Shown here: positions 63,255 to 64,000 of the stretch, one piece after another | Position numbering within the stretch: position 1 is the first letter of the stretch | How the letters are laid out: every line of letters starts with the position of its first letter | Origin: [Bacteroides] pectinophilus | GTDB lineage: Bacteria; Bacillota; Clostridia; Lachnospirales; Lachnospiraceae | DNA: 64,000 nucleotides | Direction: 5' to 3' | Assembly (NCBI GenBank): GCA_025146925.1 | Contig: CP102260.1 | Span: 1,847,389-1,911,388, forward strand | Made by a program: the position numbers and the translations under genes | Notes under the pieces: generated by a model | Seen by the model: the letters and a program-made list of their open reading frames with translations, nothing else | Databases searched by the model: none | What the model was told of the DNA's origin: nothing

Positions 63255-64000
63255 AATTTCTTATATTCCTGCATGCCGAATTCTGCAAATGTAGGCATAT
63301 CATAATACATTGCAAGTGCCATATCAATAATAGGCATAATACTCACGGCACCTGTCCCCTCACCAAGTGCCATTCCTATATTAAGAAGCGGTTTCAGTTC
63401 AAGCTTTTCCATAACTGCCTGGGCAGCAGGCTCGGCAGATACATGTGACGCTATCATGTAGTCTCTGCACAGCGGTGCAAGCTGCACTGCCGCCAGTGCG
63501 GCCGCTGATGAAATTATACCGTCTATTATCACAGGAACCTTATAATATGCGCCGCCAATGAACAATCCCGCCATTCCTGCAATATCAAAGCCGCCAACCT
63601 TGGCGAGCACATCAAGTACATCATTTCTGTCAGGTTTATTCAGCGATATTGCGTCTTTTATCACATTTATCTTATTGGCAAGCCCTGTATCCGAAAGCCC
63701 GGCTCCTCTTCCGGTTACCGATTCAGGCTTAATATCAAGCATGACAGACAGTACTGCGGATGTTGTCGTTGTATTGCCAATTCCCATCTCTGCCGCAGCA
63801 ATCATATCATAGCCTTTGTCCTTCAGTTCCCTTACAGTATCTATTCCTGCAAGCACAGCGCTTACAGCCTGCTCATTTGTCATTGCCGGACCTTTTCTTA
63901 TATTACCGGTGCCGCGCTGTGTCTTTCTCACCCGGACACCGGCAATCTCGGTAAGCATTCCTACGTCTATTGGGAATACATCAACGCCGTTACATTTTGC
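63251..64000 (-). CDS. cobT: Nicotinate-nucleotide--dimethylbenzimidazole phosphoribosyltransferase (C-terminal ~250 aa; 5' part beyond window end)
   Basis: GIGNTTTTSAV...GGFDIAGMAGLFIGGA motifs; the reading frame stays open through position 64000. Confidence 0.85.
   Translation of the reverse strand, partial: AKCNGVDVFPIDVGMLTEIAGVRVRKTQRGTGNIRKGPAMTNEQAVSAVLAGIDTVRELKDKGYDMIAAAEMGIGNTTTTSAVLSVMLDIKPESVTGRGAGLSDTGLANKINVIKDAISLNKPDRNDVLDVLAKVGGFDIAGMAGLFIGGAYYKVPVIIDGIISSAAALAAVQLAPLCRDYMIASHVSAEPAAQAVMEKLELKPLLNIGMALGEGTGAVSIMPIIDMALAMYYDMPTFAEFGMQEYKKL

Overview
Low-GC Firmicute (Clostridia-like) chromosomal segment, mostly core housekeeping genes on the minus strand. Recognised blocks: tyrS with a T-box leader; pyk; the rimP-nusA-ylxR-ylxQ-infB-rbfA-nrnA-truB-ribF-rpsO-pnp cluster; rpoZ-gmk-remA; tmRNA (ssrA) with smpB-rnr-secG nearby; ruvAB; and a cobalamin lower-pathway operon (cobT-cobU-cobS-cobC-cbiB-cobQ-cobO) adjacent to larB-larC plus an ECF-type Ni/Co transporter. 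Accessory or unusual content: (i) an Abi_2-family abortive-infection gene islet at 2.9-3.8 kb with its own promoter and leader hairpin; (ii) a 1428-aa fusion of two BadF/BcrAD-type activase domains to a 2-hydroxyacyl-CoA-dehydratase-like domain; (iii) an AT-rich two-gene glycosyltransferase island (processive GT2 with QxxRW, plus a GT-B-like 527-aa protein) at 41.4-44.4 kb; (iv) most striking, two ~99% identical direct copies of a flavodiiron (fprA) gene (45.5-46.7 kb and 50.9-52.1 kb) bracketing a cassette made of a decayed serine-recombinase gene, a surface protein with Listeria-Bacteroides repeats, a GtrB-like GT2 and a polytopic membrane protein; this looks like Campbell-type integration of a surface-glycosylation module; (v) a degenerate mini-CobU paralog inside the cob operon; (vi) a DUF815 AAA ATPase translationally coupled to ruvA. 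No CRISPR array, intact IS element or prophage was seen. All calls rest on reading translated ORFs and motifs by eye; no database search was run.
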